From Alphaproteobacteria bacterium (lineage in GTDB: Bacteria > Pseudomonadota > Alphaproteobacteria > MPNO01 > UBA830), in assembly GCA_965243135.1 (NCBI GenBank), contig OZ251539.1, forward strand, positions 576,001 through 640,000: a stretch of DNA of 64,000 bases, read 5' to 3'. Below are positions 59,234 through 64,000 of this stretch, piece after piece. The notes beneath the pieces are model-generated. The model did not search any database and was not told the DNA's origin. It saw only the letters and a list, made by a program, of their open reading frames with translations. The translations under genes and the position numbers were made by a program. The first letter of the stretch is position 1. The number at the start of each line of letters is the position of its first letter.

Positions 59234-60876
59234 CAGCAATTCCCGCTAAGGCTCGAAACCCGTGGAAAATATGGAGTCCGAAAAAAATTTTTCGTAGACT
59301 TTTCGAGGTGATTCGGGGCTATTTGCCTTCGAGCGGAGCATCTTTCTCTGGAAAGTGGTCCGAAGGCGAGGCGGGATTGTACCAAAATGGCCAGAATGCC
59401 AGGCATGCGCAAGACGCTCAGCGCTCCGGGATTGCTGAAGGCGCTCCGGGAGGTTTTTGACGGCATTGAGGATCTGACGGCGAGTCGAGGCGTCGCTCTT
59501 TCGGACTGCCTGATGTCGGGGATTGCGGTATTTGGTTTGAAGTACAAATCTCTTTTAAAGTTTGATCGCGACGCACGTTTTGATGAAACGGTTCGCAATA
59601 ATCTTGCGACGTTGTACGGGATAGAGAGAGCGCCTTCCGACAGCAGGTTGCGCGAGCGTCTGGACGACGTGGACCCCCGTAGTTTACGTCCCGCTTTCAC
59701 GAAGATGTTCCAGTTGCTTCAGCGTGGAAAGGGTCTGGAAGGTTACACCTGTCTAGGCGGGCATTATCTTTTATCCGTTGACGGAACGGGATATTTTTCA
59801 TCTCACAAGGTGCACTGTAAAAGCTGCTGTGAAAAGCATCACAGGAACGGAACAATCACGTACTACCACCAGATGCTGGGGGCAGTTCTCGTGCATCCGG
59901 AACAAAAGGAAGTTTTCCCTCTTGCACCGGAGCCGATTACCAAGAAAGATGGAAAGAAGAAAAACGATTGCGAACGCAACGCAGCGACACGACTGTTGCG
60001 CGATGTGCGGCGGGAGCATCCGTTTTTGAAATTGATAGTGGTAGAAGACGGACTTGCCTCGAACGGCCCGCATGTCAAGCATCTCAAGGAGTTGAACCTT
60101 CGCTTCATACTGGGCGCGAAGCCGGGAGATCATAAATTTTTGTTTGATTTAGTGGACAGGTCACGATCTGTGAAACGTGCTGAATTCTCCGATAAAGAAG
60201 GTATAATGCACGAATTCAGATATCTTAACAAGGCACCACTCAACGATGCGAATTTCGACCTTGAAGTCAACTTTGTTGAATACTGGGAAAAGCATCCCGA
60301 CGGCAGAAAGCAACGCTTCTCTTGGGTTACGGATCTGCCAGTAGGAGATCACAACCTGATGGAGATAATGCGCGCCGGACGTGCGCGTTGGCGTATCGAA
60401 AACGAGACCTTCAACACCCTGAAGAACCAAGGTTACAACTTCGAACACAACTTCGGTCATGGTTACAAGCATCTGTCGAATGTCTTTGCTAACTTGATGA
60501 TGCTGGCTTTCCTGATCGATCAGATTCAGCAGAGATGTTGCAATCTGTTTCAAAGAGCACGGAAGAAAGCCGAGCGTTCCATCTACTTGTGGGAGAAGTT
60601 GAGGGCTATGTTCTTCAACTTTTCACTACCAAGCTGGGAAACGCTTTATCGTGCGATAGCGTTCGGATATAAGAAACCGATTTTGGAACCTTACGATACT
60701 TCCTGACATAATAAATTTTCGAAGTGTGTAGCAGGTTCTTCAGGGGGAAACATAACCAACGAAAGCTCGGCCATAAAGCCGAACGTTAGACGTCTGTCCT
60801 GACGGTCGTGCCTCCTGTCGAGAGAGTCCTTTGCATCTGATTTAGCAGGACCACTACGAGTTAGCGGGAATTTCTG
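59234..60876 (+). mobile_element. ISNCY (ISMae2-like) IS, copy 2
   Basis: Same ends as copy 1. 9-bp TSD ACGGGCTGT at 59225-59233 and 60877-60885. Confidence 0.9.
59387..60706 (+). CDS. DDE transposase, copy 2 (intact, 439 aa)
   Basis: Near-identical to copy 1. Confidence 0.92.
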   Translation: MARMPGMRKTLSAPGLLKALREVFDGIEDLTASRGVALSDCLMSGIAVFGLKYKSLLKFDRDARFDETVRNNLATLYGIERAPSDSRLRERLDDVDPRSLRPAFTKMFQLLQRGKGLEGYTCLGGHYLLSVDGTGYFSSHKVHCKSCCEKHHRNGTITYYHQMLGAVLVHPEQKEVFPLAPEPITKKDGKKKNDCERNAATRLLRDVRREHPFLKLIVVEDGLASNGPHVKHLKELNLRFILGAKPGDHKFLFDLVDRSRSVKRAEFSDKEGIMHEFRYLNKAPLNDANFDLEVNFVEYWEKHPDGRKQRFSWVTDLPVGDHNLMEIMRAGRARWRIENETFNTLKNQGYNFEHNFGHGYKHLSNVFANLMMLAFLIDQIQQRCCNLFQRARKKAERSIYLWEKLRAMFFNFSLPSWETLYRAIAFGYKKPILEPYDTS

Positions 60877-61637
60877 ACGGGCTGTCAGTGGAGAAGCCTA
60901 CCCCATTGTTTTCCAAACGTTTCCACGGTGCGCTACCATTTCTACAAGTGGTGTCGGGAAGGCGTTTTTCCAGAAATTTTGGAAACGTTGCGTCGCAAGA
61001 TACGAGAGCTGGAAGGGCGTGGAGCCGACAGCAGGCGTGATCGATAGCCAGAGCGTGAAGACGACGGAAGCCGGTGGAGTGAACGGCGCTGGAAAGAAGG
61101 TGAAGGGACGAAAACGTCACCTGATTGTCGATATACTTGGCTTGCCGCTTGCAACGAATGTCCATGCGGCAAACGTTCAGGATCGCGACGGCGCAGTGGA
61201 TCTGATCGTCAACCTGGCGAAAAACGTCGCGTCCGTGGAAAAATTATACGCGGATGGTGCCTACTCGGGACCCAAGCTCCAGAAAGCGCTCGGCGAGCTG
61301 CCGCTCGAAATCGAGATCGTAAAGAAGGAATCTCAAGGGTTTAAGCTACTTCCCAAGCGTTGGGTGGTCGAACGGACATTCGCTTGGTGCGGTCGATGTC
61401 GGTGCCTTGCCAAGGACTTCGAAAAATTGCTGAGTGTCTCTCTTGCGTGGTTGCAACTGGCGCTGGTGATGCTGCGTCGGCTTGGACGTGCTTCGGAGGC
61501 AGGAAAAGCTATATAAATCCGTAAGTTACTGAAAAATAAGGGTTCTGAATCAGGCTGTAAGCGTTCGCTACCCGGGGGACGAAAAAAATTTGCCCCGGGG
61601 ACTGGAAACGATTCGCTGACCCCTGTATATCGCCTTC

Positions 61638-63404
61638 ATGGAGTTGGCGACACCAGATTTTAGCTTCGAAGCGACCGACCGACAGTGGGCCTTGCTGCTG
61701 GCAATGACCCTCCGGCAGCGGGACGAGGCGATTCGGCAGCGCGACGAGGCGCGCCAGGAGGCGGAGGCGTCGCGCTGGAAGGAGGTAAGCGCTCGTCAGC
61801 AGGCAACGTTCTGGAAGGCGCAACACAGCCGATCGCGGGCGCGTGCAGAGGCGGCGCGCAACGAGCTGAAACGCCTGAAGTCGGCCTCTTCGGTGAACGA
61901 GCTCAAGCGGGAAGCGGGCCGCCTTCGGCACGATCTTGCGAAGCTGAGGAAGCGACTCGACGAGACGCGAGAACGCCCGCCTGAAGGCGCGCAACCGCAA
62001 GCTTGTTCAGGACAAGTTCGGTCGCAAGAGCGAGCGCACCCGCCGCTCGCGGAAGGGCGGCGCGGAACGGGAGGCCCGGCGTCGTCGGGGACGACAGCCC
62101 GGGTCGCCGTCGCACGGACGCACGCCTCGCGAGGATTTGCCGGTAGAGGTAGAGGTCATTGAACCCGGGGAATGCCACTGCCCGAACTGCGGCAAGCCTT
62201 ACGCGAGAAACGGAGAAAAGGTCACCGAGTTCGTCGAGGTCGAGGTTCGCGCCTACAAGCGGCGTTGCCGTCGGCCCCGGTACCGCTCGACATGCTCGTG
62301 CGCACCGAAGCAGGAGGTAGTCGCGCCGCCGGCACCGCGGCTGTTCGCGAACACGCGGCCTGAGCGTCTGGAACTGGTTTCTGACCGAGACTTACGCCCT
62401 TCACCGTCCGTTGCGGTCGTTACCGCGACAGTTGTCGATGTTCGACTTCGAAGTCTCGCCGGGTACGCTGGGGGACAGCGTCAAGCGCTTCGTGCCCTTG
62501 TTCGCGCCGCTGGCCGATGCGATTATCGAACAGCAAGCAACGGCTAGCCCACGGCGACGAGACGAGCTGGAGGGTTCACGTCCGCGGCGAGGAAGGCGAG
62601 AATCCCCGCAGTTGGCTTTGGGTTTGCCAGACCCCGGACGCCGTGAGGATGATCGTCGACCCTTCCCGCAGCGCAGCGGCGGCGCAGAAGTTGTTCGGAG
62701 GCCTCGGCGTCGACGAGCCGGTCTATCGCGACCGGTACTCCGCTTACAAGAAGCTGGCGAAGGATCTGCCGAACCAGTTCGTGCTCGTTTACTGTTGGGC
62801 GCATGTACGCCGCGACTTCATGAACATCGGGGTTGGGCGCCCTGACATGAAGTCTTTCGGCGATGAGTGGGTAGCCAAGATCGCGACCCTGTATGGTTGG
62901 AATGCCGAGCGGTCGCGGCACTGGATCTCCGGGGCGAGAGAACAAACCGCTGCCTTCTACGAGGCGCAACGGGAGCTTGAGAGCAGCACATTCTTCGACG
63001 ATGTGCGGCGGCAACTCGGCGACCTGCCGGAGGAGGCGCCGCAGCGCAAGCCGTTGCAGTCCCTGCTGCGTCATCGCGAAGGCTTGAAGGTCTTCGTCGA
63101 CAATCCGGCTGTGCCGATGGACAACAATCTTGCCGAGCGCGCCCTGCGCGGCGCGGCCGTTGGGCGCAAGCTCTCGTTCGGCTCGTTCAGCGAGGCAGGA
63201 GCGCAACTGACCGGGCTACTCTTCTCCATATTCGGCACGCTCGAACTGGCCGGCCTCTCGCCGCGCCACTGGCTCCGCGATTATCTGCAAACCTGCGCCG
63301 AGCGTGGCGGACGAGCGCCCGAAGAGGCGCATGCCTGGCTTCCCTGGGGTGCCGACCCGGAGCGCGTCCGCGCCTGGCGCAACCAGCTTCCCCAAGGACC
63401 GTGA
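61638..63404 (+). pseudogene. IS66 TnpC-like transposase, frameshifted
   Basis: Coiled coil, CHCPNCG, HGDETSW, DRYSAY, CWAHVRRDF, DNNLAERALR spread over several frames. Confidence 0.85.
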
Positions 63405-64000
63405 GTTACCGGTATTGCGGGCGGAAATTCTCGGAAGCCGACATCAACCTGATCCGCGACCTGATCGCGCAACGGGATCCGCCTCTCAAACGCACGCCCC
63501 TGTCGCGCATCCTGTGCGAGCGTCTCGATTGGCGCAAGCCCAACGGCGGCTTGAAAGATATGAGCGCTCGCGTCGCCCTGCTGCGGATGGAACGCGACGG
63601 CCTCGTCGTTCTGCCGCCATCGCAGCTCCGGTCCGCCCGCGTTCGCCGCCCAATTCCGCCGTCTCCCGAAACCGAGCCGCCCCCGTTTCCAACTCCTGAC
63701 CGTCTCGATCAAGTCCGTCCGCTGCGCATCGAACCCGTCCGCAGCGCCAGCGAGGGCCGCCTCTGGAACGCCTTCATCGACCGTTATCATTACCTCGGCT
63801 TCACGCCCATGCCCGGCGCACAGATTCGGTACTTCGTCCGCTCCGCAGAAGGCGAATCGCTGGCCGTGCTCGGCTTCGGTGCCGCCGCGTGGAAGATTGC
63901 GCCACGGGACAAGCTGATCGGTTGGGATGCCGAATGCCGACGGCGCAATCTGCCCTTCGTCGTCAACAACGCAAGGTTCCTCATGCTGCCCTGGGTCAGA
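63401..64000 (+). CDS. DUF4338 (DruA-like) protein, partial and in frame to the window edge
   Basis: RYCGR.F...LSRILCERLDWRKPNGGLKDMS, LWNAFIDRYHYLG, AAWKIAPRD..IGW, VVNNARFL.LPWV. GTG overlaps the transposase TGA. Confidence 0.88.
   Translation, partial: MSYRYCGRKFSEADINLIRDLIAQRDPPLKRTPLSRILCERLDWRKPNGGLKDMSARVALLRMERDGLVVLPPSQLRSARVRRPIPPSPETEPPPFPTPDRLDQVRPLRIEPVRSASEGRLWNAFIDRYHYLGFTPMPGAQIRYFVRSAEGESLAVLGFGAAAWKIAPRDKLIGWDAECRRRNLPFVVNNARFLMLPWVR

Larger units (their letters stand above)
58984..61556 (+). mobile_element. IS5-family element, transposase (59057-61516) interrupted and degraded
   Basis: IRs GAGCCTGATTGAAAAC / GTTCTGAATCAGGCT. SDLTNAEW, IDSQSVK, KGRKRH, YADGAY, RWVVERTFAW. 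Confidence 0.85.
61557..64000 (+). mobile_element. IS66-family element with DUF4338 gene (runs off window)
   Basis: Left end GTAAGCGTTCGCT, TnpC-like transposase, coupled DUF4338 ORF. Confidence 0.85.

Noticed and set aside
55172-60876. Composite transposon or inversion bounded by inverted ISMae2-like copies
   Set aside because: Each copy retains its own matching 9-bp TSD, so they are independent insertions with no net inversion.
51323-64000. Complete Druantia defence system
   Set aside because: Only DUF4338 copies inside IS ends are visible. No DruE helicase or other dru genes in the window.

Overview
Window from a GC-rich, probably alphaproteobacterial chromosome with three zones. (1) 1-23,761: a Mu-like transposable prophage whose left end lies outside the window. 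It carries a repressor/Cro switch with three operators, MuA/MuB, Gam, GemA, a Mor/C-like activator, lysis genes, terminase, portal and a gpF-like head gene. It stops at a Mu-type ...CA end that interrupts a host tctA gene. No capsid or tail genes follow gpF. A second, leftward operon beyond the repressor shares a dyad with the rightward late promoter, which suggests a split, divergent late region. Unusual cargo includes an Acb2/Tad1-like hairpin protein, a multi-HTH GcrA homologue, a stand-alone C-terminal piece of a type III-like Mod methyltransferase, and a Cre-like tyrosine recombinase. (2) 23,762-51,100: host catabolic and housekeeping genes (TctA/TctC, cupins, flavoprotein, hydantoinase A/B, SDRs, XDH-family subunit, TauD, MetE-like, hisI, folE). 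Two lower-GC inserts sit at operon ends: a PLD + Mrr-like + ABC/AAA ATPase defence-like set, and a membrane protein + AdoMetDC-like + DUF3326 cassette. (3) 51,300-64,000: an IS graveyard with resolvable nested insertions and target-site duplications (ISKra4, ISMae2-like ISNCY, IS5, IS66), including an IS66-like element carrying a DUF4338 (DruA-like) gene. All family assignments come from motif recognition by eye; no database searches were run.
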